Below are positions 1-9,652 of a DNA stretch of 37,326 nucleotides, piece after piece; position 1 is the first letter of the stretch, and every line of letters starts with the position of its first letter. The notes under the pieces are model-generated. The model made no database searches. It saw only the letters and a list, made by a program, of their open reading frames with translations, and was not told the DNA's origin. The translations under genes and the position numbers were made by a program. The stretch comes from Verrucomicrobiota bacterium (GTDB taxonomy: Bacteria; Verrucomicrobiota; Verrucomicrobiia; Limisphaerales; UBA9464). The stretch is taken from NCBI GenBank assembly GCA_043732975.1, contig JAYTHD010000138.1, forward strand, positions 1-37,326. Reading direction: 5' to 3'.

Positions 1-2
1 GC

Positions 3-1418
3 CGGATGGGTGCTGGCTTTGGCGCCGTCGCACTGCACGCCCTCGGGCAGTGGGCGTCCGGGGCGACCCGTGCCGACGACGGACTGCGGGATCCACTTAA
101 TCCATTTCAAGCCCATATTCCGCCCCTGGCGGCCCGCGCGAAGTCGGTGATTTTTCTGTACCTCGTGGGCGGTCCATCACCGGTGGACACCTTCGACTAC
201 AAACCCGTCCTGCAACGACTGAACGGCCAGAAGGTGCCCGAATCCATCCGGCGCGCCGTGGAGGCCTCCCGTTTTGCGAATGTCTTTCACGGTTGCAAGG
301 ATGAGTTGATGGCCAGTCCGTTCCGGTGGTCACAGCAAGGCTCCTCCGGAATGTGGGTGAGTGAATTGTTCCCGCAGCTGGCGCGGCATTTGGATCGGTT
401 GTGTTTTATCCATTCGCTGCAGGCCGATTCCAACAATCACGCCCCGGCGAGTTATCAATTTCATACCGGCGATGTGCGGCCGGGAAAGGCCAGCCTGGGT
501 TCCTGGGTGACGTATGGACTGGGCTCCGTGAACGCGAACCTGCCCGGCTACGTGATGCTCTTCGATGCGGGTCCATTGGGTGGCGCCGCGAATTATTCGA
601 ATGGCTTTCTGCCGGCAGCGTTTCAGCCGACGCGCCTCCGGACGACGGGAACGCCGGTGCTTAATTTGATTCCCGATCGCGAGTTCGCTCCCGGACAGCG
701 GGATTCCCTGGATCTGATCCGCCATCTCAACCAGCACCATCGCGACGCACGGCCGGGCTTCGACGAGTTGGACGCCCGCATGGCCACCTACGAATTGTCC
801 TACCGGATGCAATCGGCGGCCCTGGAAGTCGGGGATCTCGAACAGGAATCGGCGCGGGTCCGGCGCGACTACGGCTGGGAACACGGCGATGGACGAACCC
901 GGAGTTTCGCGCGCAAGTGCCTGCTCGCGCGCCGGCTGGTCGAGCGCGGTGTGCGCTTCGTGCAGGTCTACGACATGCCGGACAAGGACGGCTGGGACGC
1001 CCACGCAAAACTGGTCGACAACCATGTGCCCCGCGCACGCTGGGTGGATCAGCCGATCGCCGCCCTGCTGGGCGATCTCGCACAGCGGGGAATGCTCGAC
1101 GAAACGCTGGTGATCTGCGCCAGCGAATTCGGCCGCACGCCGATGATGCAGGGCGATCTGGGGCGCCAGCACAATGCGGCGGGATTCACCGTCTGGCTGG
1201 CCGGCGGTGGTTTTCGGGCGGGACTGCGGTTTGGGGCGACGGATGAGATCGGCCTCCTGGCCACGGAAAACCCGACGCCCATGCGGGATCTACATGCGAC
1301 GATTCTTCAGGCGTTGGGCTTGCCGCACGAGTCGCTCAACTACGAAGTCGACGCCCGCAAGGAACGCCTGACGGGCGTCGCCGGACTCGCCCGGGTCATT
1401 CCGCAATTGCTCGTTTAG
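3..1418 (+). CDS. DUF1501 domain-containing protein (sulfatase-like fold), 5' end probably cut by the window edge
   Basis: 470-aa ORF with motif strings FLYLVGGPSPVDTFD, FIHSLQADSNNHAPASYQFHTG and ASEFGRTP that I recognise from DUF1501 proteins of Planctomycetes/Verrucomicrobia. The frame is open back to base 3 and the usual Tat-type N-terminus is missing, so the ATG at 6 is probably internal. Confidence 0.85.
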   Translation, partial: RMGAGFGAVALHALGQWASGATRADDGLRDPLNPFQAHIPPLAARAKSVIFLYLVGGPSPVDTFDYKPVLQRLNGQKVPESIRRAVEASRFANVFHGCKDELMASPFRWSQQGSSGMWVSELFPQLARHLDRLCFIHSLQADSNNHAPASYQFHTGDVRPGKASLGSWVTYGLGSVNANLPGYVMLFDAGPLGGAANYSNGFLPAAFQPTRLRTTGTPVLNLIPDREFAPGQRDSLDLIRHLNQHHRDARPGFDELDARMATYELSYRMQSAALEVGDLEQESARVRRDYGWEHGDGRTRSFARKCLLARRLVERGVRFVQVYDMPDKDGWDAHAKLVDNHVPRARWVDQPIAALLGDLAQRGMLDETLVICASEFGRTPMMQGDLGRQHNAAGFTVWLAGGGFRAGLRFGATDEIGLLATENPTPMRDLHATILQALGLPHESLNYEVDARKERLTGVAGLARVIPQLLV

Positions 1419-1466
1419 CCGGCGCGTCGTCCGCAGCGCAATCTGACTGATCGATGAGCGAGCCGG

Positions 1467-2384
1467 CTACGGATTCGTTCCGACAGGAACTTCAGGCGCC
1501 CTGGGTGTCCCGGTCTGGGCCGGTTCCACATGGACGGTGACGTCAACGATTCGTTCCGGCAGGGACCGTAACCGATCTTCGACGGCATGCGCCAGGGCAT
1601 GACCTTCCGTCACTCGCAGATCGCCGCTGACCTTGATGTGAATATCGACGATCCAGCCCAGTCCACTTTTGCGCACCCGACATTTTCCCACGCCGTGCAC
1701 TCCTGGCACCCGCTGGGCCGTCTGGCGGACCGTCTGTATAAAATCGTCATTGGCCCCGCCATCCATCAACTCGTGCACCGCCGGCTTCAGCAATTGAAGC
1801 CCGTTCCACGCGATCACGCCGCACGCCAGGAAGGCCGCCCAGTCATCGGCACTCTCCCAACCCGGACCGCCGGCCAACGCAACGACGATCCCAACAAACG
1901 CCGCGATGGAGGTCGCCGCGTCCACGCGATGGTGCCAGGCGTCGGCCCGGACCGCGGTGCTGTTCAAGTCGCGGCCGACCTTGATGACCTGTCGATAGAG
2001 AATCTCCTTCACCACGATGACCACCAGGAGGACAGCCAGCGTGAACGGAGCGGGGAGCAAATGCGGCGTCCGGATCTCATGGATACACCGAGCACCGATG
2101 ATCAGGGCCGCCAGGCAAATGGCCGCCGCCACCAGCACCCCGGCGATCGATTCCGCCTTGCCGTGGCCGTACGGGTGATCGTCGTCCGGGGGGCGGGCGG
2201 AAATCCGCAAACCGCTCCAAACAATGATGGAGCTGACCACATCGGCGGTGGACTCGATGCCGTCCGCCACCAGGGCATTGGAATTGCCGACCAATCCCGC
2301 AGTGACCTTGATGACCGCCAGCAGGACATTGGCAGCAATGCCGATTCCGGACGTTCGCAATCCTTTTTCCACGCCCGAATTCAT
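1467..2384 (-). CDS. cation diffusion facilitator (CDF) family metal efflux transporter
   Basis: Hydrophobic N-terminal half with GNSNALVADGIESTADV and DDDHPYGHGKAES motifs plus a C-terminal cytoplasmic domain. The track ORF starts at GTG 2483. ATG 2384 (MNSGVEKG...) gives a typical product of about 305 aa, but the start is not certain. Confidence 0.85.
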   Translation of the reverse strand: MNSGVEKGLRTSGIGIAANVLLAVIKVTAGLVGNSNALVADGIESTADVVSSIIVWSGLRISARPPDDDHPYGHGKAESIAGVLVAAAICLAALIIGARCIHEIRTPHLLPAPFTLAVLLVVIVVKEILYRQVIKVGRDLNSTAVRADAWHHRVDAATSIAAFVGIVVALAGGPGWESADDWAAFLACGVIAWNGLQLLKPAVHELMDGGANDDFIQTVRQTAQRVPGVHGVGKCRVRKSGLGWIVDIHIKVSGDLRVTEGHALAHAVEDRLRSLPERIVDVTVHVEPAQTGTPRAPEVPVGTNP

Positions 2385-2950
2385 CGCTCCGGCCGAGAAT
2401 GGAGCACGGGTCGTCGCCGCGCACGGTGATGTTGCATGAAATTCAATCGCCAAGGTCCGGCGCGTTTCGAAACGCTCCGACACGCGTCATATCACCGCCG
2501 AGGCTTCTGCGTAAATAAGGCCCGGGCCGCAGACGCCAAGGAGGTGGGAGTGGAGAACTCCGCTGAAGAAACGTACCACAGCCCGGACCTGAGACACCCT
2601 ATTCATCTCACCCTCCAAGTCAATAATTGCGACACCGGATTGTGACAATCAATTCCTAGGGATTCGAGCAACAAATAAACTGCGTAATCACAGGCAATTA
2701 CGGAATTTAAGGCGGCAGTTCGCCCCCAAGAATCGGCGGTTCGCCAAGGAACATCCCTACAATTTTACGCTCGTCTTTCAAAAACGCATGCCGTCATCGG
2801 CTCAGTTTGGTCGAAAACCTTTTCCCGACCTTCCCTCCCGCGGCGACGTCGGCCAGGGGAGGAGGCCGGATTCCACCGGTCGATAATCTTCCAGGCAACT
2901 TGCAGCCCGGGCTTGACCAAGGGGATCCCCATCGTGGCATTCTGTGTCGG

Positions 2951-3328
2951 ATGAAGAAGCTTGTCTCCGTTCTCTTGATTGCTGCCACCACCGCCGCGGC
3001 CACCGGGTGTTATAAGACACAGGAAGGCCGCCGCCGTGCCGGCCTGCCGGGCGTCAAGGATACGATCGAAAGCCGTTACGAGCGGCCGGTGGATCAGGTC
3101 TATGAATCGGCGCGCGCGACGCTGGCCTTCAACGGGGCCATCACGAAGCAAAACGATCCCGCACGCATTTTGGAAGCCAAGGTCAACAACCGGACGGTGT
3201 GGGTGCGGGTCGATGAAGTGGAGCCCCGTGTTTCCCGCGTCTTTGTGCAGGCGCGCCGGAACGGTTCGCGCGGTGATATCAATCTCGCCGCCGAACTGGA
3301 CAAACAGATCGCGCTTCGCCTGCGCTGA
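2951..3328 (+). CDS. small lipoprotein, hypothetical (possibly DUF3568-like)
   Basis: The internal ATG at 2951 gives MKKLVSVLLIAATTAAATGC, a signal peptide with a lipobox Cys. The 125-aa product is followed by a strong hairpin. The upstream part of the track ORF (from 2807) is Pro/Gly-rich and unlikely to be coding. Confidence 0.65.
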   Translation: MKKLVSVLLIAATTAAATGCYKTQEGRRRAGLPGVKDTIESRYERPVDQVYESARATLAFNGAITKQNDPARILEAKVNNRTVWVRVDEVEPRVSRVFVQARRNGSRGDINLAAELDKQIALRLR

Positions 3329-3337
3329 GGGGTTCGT

Positions 3338-3370
3338 CGGCTTGGCGGGCCACCGGGACCCGCCAAGCCG
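3338..3370 (+). terminator. GC-rich hairpin after the lipoprotein gene (terminator-like, no U-tract)
   Basis: Perfect 12-bp inverted repeat cggcttggcggg / cccgccaagccg with a 9-nt loop, starting 10 nt after the stop at 3328. A second small palindrome gccggcaaaagccggc follows. There is no T-run, so intrinsic termination is uncertain. Confidence 0.4.
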
Positions 3371-3686
3371 GCAAAAGCCGGCTCTCCCCGGCGGACCGGC
3401 CCCCAAAGTCGACGGCAGCGTTCGGAGCACGGCCGGGAGATCGCGTCGGTTGCGGATCTGGCCGGACCGACATTTTCCCGGCATCAACCGGGCGACTGGA
3501 CCTTTTTTTGTGCGCTTTTTTGGTTGATTTCGGGCTATTTCACCATGTCAATAGCTTCTCACCCGGAGCTCAAGTCCTCCCGTGGCCGAAGCCCGCCAAA
3601 AAACTCGGCGGATAAAAAGGACGAACAACTGTTTGACGCCCCCCGTGCACCTGTCCAATCTCTCGCTCCTTTTTTTGGGTTATTCG

Positions 3687-4121
3687 ATGAAGACATTTCT
3701 TCCTAAAGTGGACGTACAGCGCCGGGGTTGGCGGGTGATTGACGCGCAAGGTGCCGTGCTGGGACGCCTGGCCGTGCAAGTGGCCGATGCGTTGCGGGGC
3801 AAGGACAAGCCCATATTTGCACCGCATCTGGACGCCGGCGATTTCGTCGTGGTGGTCAATGCCGAGCAGGTGATCCTGACCGGCAAGAAAAACGCTGCCA
3901 AAGTGTACATGAGCTACTCCGGCTGGAAGGGCGGCGAACACCGTCGCACCGCCGGAGAAATCCGGGCCACGCATCCGGAGCGGCTCATCCTTCACGCGGT
4001 GAAGGGCATGCTGCCCAAGAATCGGCTGGGTGATCGACTGCTGACCAAATTGAAGGTCTACAGCGGCAAGGAACATCCGCACAGCTCCCAGCAACCCACG
4101 ACGTTGGCCTACGCCGGCTGA
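3687..4121 (+). CDS. rplM: 50S ribosomal protein uL13
   Basis: From ATG 3687: MKTFLPKVDVQRRGWRVIDAQGAVLGRLAVQVADALRGKDKPIFAPHLDAGDFVVVVNAEQV..., a canonical L13 sequence of 144 aa. The ORF-track extension from 3582 is not L13-like. Confidence 0.96.
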   Translation: MKTFLPKVDVQRRGWRVIDAQGAVLGRLAVQVADALRGKDKPIFAPHLDAGDFVVVVNAEQVILTGKKNAAKVYMSYSGWKGGEHRRTAGEIRATHPERLILHAVKGMLPKNRLGDRLLTKLKVYSGKEHPHSSQQPTTLAYAG

Positions 4122-4160
4122 GTTTTTTACGCCTCACTGTTTTTATATCGGAACACACCC

Positions 4161-4553
4161 ATGTCTTCCTCTGCAAAATTAGGAACCGGCCGCCGTAAAA
4201 CGGCGACTGCCCGCATCCATCTCACCGTCGGCACCGGCAAAATCACGGTGAATGGACGCACCTTTGAGAATTACTTCACGGTCGAACAACACCGCGGCAC
4301 GGTGCTGCAGCCTTTTGTGGTCACGGCCACCACGGGCAAGTTTGACGTGGCGGCCAACGTGTCCGGTGGCGGCCCCAGCGGCCAGGCCGGTGCCGTCCGC
4401 CACGGGATCGCCCGGGCCTTGCTTGAGGCCGATCCGAACTACCGTCCGCTCTTGAAGGCAGACGGCTTGCTGACCCGCGACAGCCGTATGCGCGAACGTA
4501 AGAAGTACGGTCAACCCGGCGCGCGCAAACGCTTCCAATTCAGCAAGCGCTGA
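4161..4553 (+). CDS. rpsI: 30S ribosomal protein uS9
   Basis: 130 aa ending ...[25 protein letters not shown], the canonical S9 C-terminus. It lies 39 nt after rplM, as in the conserved rplM-rpsI operon. Confidence 0.97.
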   Translation: MSSSAKLGTGRRKTATARIHLTVGTGKITVNGRTFENYFTVEQHRGTVLQPFVVTATTGKFDVAANVSGGGPSGQAGAVRHGIARALLEADPNYRPLLKADGLLTRDSRMRERKKYGQPGARKRFQFSKR

Positions 4554-4598
4554 GTCTGGTTTTTACCACCGGAGCACCTTTCGCCGGGTGCCCCGCCC

Positions 4599-4627
4599 GC
4601 CGCATCGAATTCCGATGCGGCTTTTTT
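4599..4627 (+). terminator. rho-independent terminator of rplM-rpsI
   Basis: 9-bp stem gccgcatcg / cgatgcggc with loop aattc, immediately followed by tttttt (4622-4627), about 45 nt after the rpsI stop. Confidence 0.8.
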
Positions 4628-4754
4628 CGTTTTCGAGGGGTGCGAGACGCTGGGGCCGCGCGGAACAAAGCGCCGGGACCCTGGAATCGAAATGGACCTT
4701 TTTATCCACGCAACCCTCTCTTTTCTTTACCCGGACGATGGTCAATGCTCTCCC

Positions 4755-5495
4755 ATGCCCTCGGAGGAACACGCACCGTTTCTGACCACGCATTGGAGCG
4801 TGGTGATTGCCGCCGGAAAAGAGACCGCCACCAACCATGCCGATGCCCTCGAGGAACTCTGCCGGACCTACTGGCCGCCTTTGTATTCGTTTCTCCGGCG
4901 CGACGGACGTTCCCCCGACCAGGCGGCGGACCTCACCCAGGGCTTCTTCGAGCAAATGCTTGAACGGGGAGCGATTGGACTGGCGGACCCGCTCCGCGGC
5001 CGGTTTCGCACGTTCCTGCTGACTTCCCTGCGTCGCTTCGCCCTCGACCAGCACCGGTTGCAATCGGCCAAAAAGCGCGGTGGCGGACGGGAACTGCTGA
5101 TCCTCAACACCGGCGCCCTCAACGAGGAGGAGGCCCAACTGGCGGTCGTTCCGGTCGAACACGAAACACCGGAGACGCTTTTCGTCCGCCGCTGGGCCGC
5201 GGCGCTGCTCGAGCTTGCGCTCCAGCGGACGCGTCAGGACTATCAAAAGCTGGGCCAGGAGCGACTCTATGACGCGCTCAAGGGCTCCATTTGGGGCGCC
5301 GGTGAATCGGAGACCTCCGACACCATTGCCGCCCGTCTCGGACTGACCAGCGGGGCCGTGCGTACGGCCACCACGCGCCTGCGGGAGCGCTTTCGCACGC
5401 GCCTGCGGGGGTGCGTGGCGGAGACTCTCAGCCCCGACGCCAGTGCGCTTGAAATCGATGCTGAATTGCGGGAGTTGACCGCCGCCCTGCGCTAG
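4755..5495 (+). CDS. ECF-type (sigma-70 family) RNA polymerase sigma factor with long linker and C-terminal extension
   Basis: MPSEEHAPFLTTHWSVV... N-terminus. Region-2-like YWPPLYSFLRRDGRSPDQAADLTQGFF and region-4 HTH-like SDTIAARLGLTSGAVRTATTRLRERFR. Start taken at ATG 4755; ATG 4692 is the alternative. Confidence 0.8.
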   Translation: MPSEEHAPFLTTHWSVVIAAGKETATNHADALEELCRTYWPPLYSFLRRDGRSPDQAADLTQGFFEQMLERGAIGLADPLRGRFRTFLLTSLRRFALDQHRLQSAKKRGGGRELLILNTGALNEEEAQLAVVPVEHETPETLFVRRWAAALLELALQRTRQDYQKLGQERLYDALKGSIWGAGESETSDTIAARLGLTSGAVRTATTRLRERFRTRLRGCVAETLSPDASALEIDAELRELTAALR

Positions 5496-5549
5496 TCGCG
5501 CGCGGTCCGAAAACTCCCGGCGGTGGTGGATTTCAGGTGTCCCGGGAAA

Positions 5550-5575
5550 GCCGCCGGCGCGAGCCGGACGGCGGC
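5550..5575 (+). terminator. weak terminator-like hairpin after the sigma factor gene
   Basis: 7-bp stem gccgccg / cggcggc with a 12-nt loop, followed by ctttc. Weak U-tract. Confidence 0.3.
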
Positions 5576-5610
5576 CTTTCATTCCCCTGTTCATGGTCTA
5601 GCCTCTGCCC

Positions 5611-6477
5611 ATGAACGATAAAAAGTCCGACACCACGATGGCCGTTTTCCTGGACCTTGAAAACATTGCCCTCGGGGCTCGGGATGCCCGGTTTCCTCGA
5701 TTTGATATCCAGAAGCTGCTCGAGCGCCTCCTGCTCAAAGGTCACATCGTCGTCAAAAAGGCCTATTGCGATTTTGACCGCTACAAGGAGTTCAAGCGCG
5801 ATCTGCACGAAGCCGCTTTTGAAATGATCGAAATTCCCCACCTGCGCCTCTCCGGAAAGAATTCGGCGGACATCCGCATGGTCGTGGACGCCCTCGACCT
5901 CTGCTACACCAAGGGCCATGTCGACACCTTTGTGATCATCAGCGGGGATTCGGATTTTTCACCCCTGGTCAGCAAATTGCGGGAGAATGACAAGACGGTG
6001 ATCGGCGTGGGCGTCAAAAATTCGACTTCCGATCTTTTTCTCAACAACTGCGACGAATTCCTGTACTACGACGATCTCGTGCGGCGCGAGCCGTCGAAGG
6101 CGCGCCAGCAATCCGCTGCGCGACCCGCGTCGGCCGCACCTGCCTCCACGACAGTGCGCCCGGGAACTTCGGCTCCGGCTCCCGGCGCCCCCCCGGAATT
6201 GGATCCCAGCTCACCGGGCGTGGCCTCGCTGGACAAGGCGCTCGAACTCGTCAGCGAAACCATCGATGCCCTGGCGGAAGAGCGCGCCGACGATGAGCAC
6301 ATCTGGGGCTCCATGGTGAAGCAGGCGCTGAAACGCCGGCATCCCGGCTTCAACGAACGCGCTCACGGCTTCAAGTCGTTCAACGATTTGTTGCTGGAAG
6401 GCCAGCGCCGCGGACTGATGCGGCTGTTTGTGGACGAGAAGAAATCCGGCGCCTACCGCGTCCTGCCGGTCGAATAA
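5611..6477 (+). CDS. NYN (LabA-like PIN) domain protein with C-terminal OST-HTH/LOTUS-like domain
   Basis: MAVFLDLENIA...KKAYCDFDRY...GKNSADIRMVVDALD...FVIISGDSDFSPLVSKLRENDKTVIGVG is the NYN/LabA signature. A Pro/Ala-rich linker is followed by a roughly 70-aa helical C-terminal domain (WGSMVKQALKRRHPGFNERAHGFKSFNDLL) typical of OST-HTH. Confidence 0.85.
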   Translation: MNDKKSDTTMAVFLDLENIALGARDARFPRFDIQKLLERLLLKGHIVVKKAYCDFDRYKEFKRDLHEAAFEMIEIPHLRLSGKNSADIRMVVDALDLCYTKGHVDTFVIISGDSDFSPLVSKLRENDKTVIGVGVKNSTSDLFLNNCDEFLYYDDLVRREPSKARQQSAARPASAAPASTTVRPGTSAPAPGAPPELDPSSPGVASLDKALELVSETIDALAEERADDEHIWGSMVKQALKRRHPGFNERAHGFKSFNDLLLEGQRRGLMRLFVDEKKSGAYRVLPVE

Positions 6478-6536
6478 GAGTGCGGGCCATCCCGCCGACC
6501 GCTGAGTTCCCCTCGTGGCGCTGCACCCAGGACCCG

Positions 6537-7577
6537 TCAAAAGTCAAACTGGTCCACGTTTTCCTTGGTAAACAGGAACGGTTTTCCCAGCAGGAGATTG
6601 TCGCCGCGGATTTCAATCCGGCCGAGTTTTCCGGCTTCGTATTCGGTGGCGCCCGGCTTGAGTTTTCCGTCGGCCAGGCTCTTGGCGGCGTGCAGGGTCA
6701 GATAGCCCAGGTCCACCGTCTTCCAGAGAATCACACCCTGGGTGACACCTTCCTTCAGGTAGCGCCGGTTCTCACTCGGCAGGCCGAGCCCAATCACTTT
6801 GACCTGACCGGCCTTGCCGGCCTGTTTGACGGCTTCCGCCGCACCCGGCACCGCCGGCGAGCAGATCGCCAGGATCAATTTCAGATTCGGATAGGCGCTC
6901 AACAACGTCGTGGCTTCGCTTTGCGCCTTGTCCTTGAGATCATCACACGGCCGCAACGCCACCATCTTCAGTCCGGGATAATTACCGGACCGCCGGGCCT
7001 CAATGTGTTTTTGCCACTCGTTCATGTTGGCCGCCGTCAACGACGCGGTGATGATGGCGAACTCACCGGTGGGACCGATCTGTCGGGCGGCCTCATCCAT
7101 CAAGGCCTGGCCGATGCCCTCCGGCGTCGCCTGATTGACAAAAAACGACCGGGCGTCGGGGGCGGCATCGGAATCGAAGGTCAGGACTTTGATGCCCTGG
7201 GTCTGGGCCTTGCGCAAGGCGGTGGAGATGCCGTCACGATTCTCACAGGCGACCGCAATGACATCGACACCCAGCGTGATCCAGTTCTCGACGATCTCGT
7301 TTTGTTTGGCCGGATCGGGATTGACCGGGCCGTCGAAGATCAATTCGACTCCCAACTCCTTGGCCGCCATTTCGGCACCCTGTTTGCAGGAAACGAAGTA
7401 AGCATTGCCCTTCGACTTGGGCATCAGCGCCACGGTCACGCGCCTTCCGGCGGCGGGCGTAGTCCGGGGGGAATCGGACTTGCTACAACCCACCAACACC
7501 TGGAGCAGCAATAGGACCGAGGAAACGTACAGGAGTCGGGCGCCACGCTGCGCCAGGCGATGCCATAGGGAGATCAT
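6537..7577 (-). CDS. sugar ABC transporter substrate-binding lipoprotein (RhaS/LsrB-like, probable rhamnose-binding)
   Basis: Signal peptide with lipobox (LLLLQVLVGC). Periplasmic-binding-protein type I body (KGNAYFVSCKQGAEMAAKELGVELIFDGP..., KVLTFDSDAAPDARSFFVNQA). Last gene of the rhaA-ABC operon. Confidence 0.85.
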   Translation of the reverse strand: MISLWHRLAQRGARLLYVSSVLLLLQVLVGCSKSDSPRTTPAAGRRVTVALMPKSKGNAYFVSCKQGAEMAAKELGVELIFDGPVNPDPAKQNEIVENWITLGVDVIAVACENRDGISTALRKAQTQGIKVLTFDSDAAPDARSFFVNQATPEGIGQALMDEAARQIGPTGEFAIITASLTAANMNEWQKHIEARRSGNYPGLKMVALRPCDDLKDKAQSEATTLLSAYPNLKLILAICSPAVPGAAEAVKQAGKAGQVKVIGLGLPSENRRYLKEGVTQGVILWKTVDLGYLTLHAAKSLADGKLKPGATEYEAGKLGRIEIRGDNLLLGKPFLFTKENVDQFDF

Positions 7578-7661
7578 TCGACAAGTGGAGCGCAGGAAAC
7601 CAGCGCGTGCCAGTGGGAATCAAATCGCCGAGACAACCGCACACCGCAGGAGCGTCCCTGG

Positions 7662-8645
7662 TCATCGTTCCGGCCGTCCCCGTCGCGCCTGCCAACCGGC
7701 CAGCCCGCGCCTCCCCGCCAACGCCACCAGCAAGAGAACGCCGGTGAGCAGACCGGAAAGTTCCGCGCCGTGGCTCATGGTCCAGGGCACCCGGCTGAGA
7801 CCGTTGTTCAACACAGCGAGCGTCGCCACACCCGCGAGCGTGCCACCCACCGAACCACTGCCACCAAAAATGCTCGCCCCGCCCAGAACCACCGCGGTGA
7901 TCGCTGCCAGTTCGTACCCCATTCCCGCGTCGGCCTTGGCCGTGCCCAATCGCGCCGTGTAGGTCAGTGCCGCCACCGCCGAAAGCGTGCCGCTCAAAAC
8001 GTACACAAGCCCCAGGCGCCGCTCGACGGGCAACCCGGCGTAGCGCGAACCCTCGGGCGAATAGCCAAGGGAACGGAACGATCGTCCCAAGTGGGTTTGA
8101 TGCACCAGCAACCCGACGCCCACGATCGCCACCAGACAGACCCAAGCCTGCGTCGGGAGGCTCAGAAGACGTCCCTGGCCCAGCTGCAGGAAACTCTCCG
8201 GGAAATGGGTGAAGGCATCCGTGCCCCGCGTCAGCGCCTCCGCCAAACCGCGAAAGAGGGAATACGTCCCCAGCGTCACGATGAGCGGCGGCAGGCGCAG
8301 GGAGGTGATGAGCACCGCATTGAATCCACCGGCGCCGGCTCCCAGCAATAGCGTCGCCAGCGCCGCCACCGGCCATGGCCAGCCCGCATCACGCCAAAGC
8401 GCTCCGAACACCACGGCGCCGAGCCCCAGCACGGAACCCACCGACAGATCGATCCCGCCGGTCAGGATCACGGGCACCAGCGCCAGGGCGAGCAATCCCA
8501 GTTCCACCGAATGGCGAACGATGTTTTCAATATTGTCGGCGGTCCCAAAATTCCGTCCGAACAATTGAAACAGCGCCACCTCCAACCCGAGCACAAACAG
8601 GAGGACGTATTCCGGCCGGAAGCCACCACGCGCACGTCCATTCAT
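7662..8645 (-). CDS. sugar ABC transporter permease (RbsC/AraH-type)
   Basis: 327-aa polytopic membrane protein. Its start overlaps the upstream permease stop (ATGA at 8642-8645). Confidence 0.85.
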   Translation of the reverse strand: MNGRARGGFRPEYVLLFVLGLEVALFQLFGRNFGTADNIENIVRHSVELGLLALALVPVILTGGIDLSVGSVLGLGAVVFGALWRDAGWPWPVAALATLLLGAGAGGFNAVLITSLRLPPLIVTLGTYSLFRGLAEALTRGTDAFTHFPESFLQLGQGRLLSLPTQAWVCLVAIVGVGLLVHQTHLGRSFRSLGYSPEGSRYAGLPVERRLGLVYVLSGTLSAVAALTYTARLGTAKADAGMGYELAAITAVVLGGASIFGGSGSVGGTLAGVATLAVLNNGLSRVPWTMSHGAELSGLLTGVLLLVALAGRRGLAGWQARRGRPER

Positions 8646-9652
8646 GGCGTCCTCCCGGGTGCAGGAGCCGCACCGGATCTAACCTTCGATCCATCTGTTG
8701 AACCGATTGCGCCCTCCGGACGCACCGCTGCCGCCCGGCGTTGCCAACCGTCCGTCATCGCCGCCAGCAGGATCACCGCACCCTGAATCGCCTTGTCCCA
8801 ATAGGGCTTCACACCGAGATAGGTCATCGCCGGACCAATGCAGGTCAGCAGGAGAAACCCGGCCAGCACACCCCAAAGATTTCCGCGCCCCCCCGAGATC
8901 GCCACGCCACCGACCACCGCCGCGGCGATCGCCTCCAACTCCAACTGTCGCCCGGTGCCCGGATCCACCTGCGGCGCCTGCACGAGATTCAGTATGGCCG
9001 CCAAACCCGTCAGTCCGCCGAGCAGGACAAACGTGCCAAAAGTCGTGAACCGGGGATGCAATCCCGCCAAGCGGGCCGCTTCGAAATCCGAACCGACCGC
9101 GAGCAAATACCTTCCCGCAGAAAGTCCTCGCAAAGCGGTGGCCAGGCACAACCAGAGCGACAATACGAGTCCACAGATGACGGCCTGCGCGGCATTCATC
9201 GATAAGCCGAACCATTGAACGGCGTCGGGCAGGTTCACGAAGACCCCTTGTTGCGCCAACCGCAAAGCCTCCCGCCAGGTCACCAGCGTGGCGAGGGTCA
9301 CCACGATCGAGGGCAACCCGAGTCCCGCCACCAAGCCACCGTTCAACGCACCCGCGAGGGCCCCCAGCAGCACTGCCATTGGCACCACCGTCGCCAACGG
9401 CCAAGCGCGCTCCAGCAGCAACCCCGCCACCACACTGCAAACGGCAAACACTGATCCGACGGAGATGTCGATCTGCCGCGTCAACATCACCAGCGCCATG
9501 CCACCGGCCACCAGCAAACGCGGTGCCGCGGTTGTCAGCCGGGATAGCAGCGGTTGGCCGTCAAAAAAGTTTGGGGCCAACACAGCCAGCAATCCCAGCA
9601 GCAGGCTCAGGATCGCCGCCACGGTCCATTCACGAGACCAAAAGCGAATCAT
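8642..9652 (-). CDS. sugar ABC transporter permease (RbsC/AraH-type)
   Basis: 336-aa polytopic membrane protein. Its start overlaps the ATPase stop (ATGA at 9649-9652). Confidence 0.85.
   Translation of the reverse strand: MIRFWSREWTVAAILSLLLGLLAVLAPNFFDGQPLLSRLTTAAPRLLVAGGMALVMLTRQIDISVGSVFAVCSVVAGLLLERAWPLATVVPMAVLLGALAGALNGGLVAGLGLPSIVVTLATLVTWREALRLAQQGVFVNLPDAVQWFGLSMNAAQAVICGLVLSLWLCLATALRGLSAGRYLLAVGSDFEAARLAGLHPRFTTFGTFVLLGGLTGLAAILNLVQAPQVDPGTGRQLELEAIAAAVVGGVAISGGRGNLWGVLAGFLLLTCIGPAMTYLGVKPYWDKAIQGAVILLAAMTDGWQRRAAAVRPEGAIGSTDGSKVRSGAAPAPGRTP

Noticed and set aside
3373-3686. Candidate sigma-70-type promoters upstream of rplM (TTGATT at about 3525, TTGACG at about 3631)
   Set aside because: The -10 partners at proper spacing are poor (tcaata, caatct) and promoter consensus for this phylum is uncertain. 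Not supportable from sequence alone.
6480-7514. 344-aa plus-strand ORF
   Set aside because: Antisense to the substrate-binding lipoprotein gene and has no motifs.
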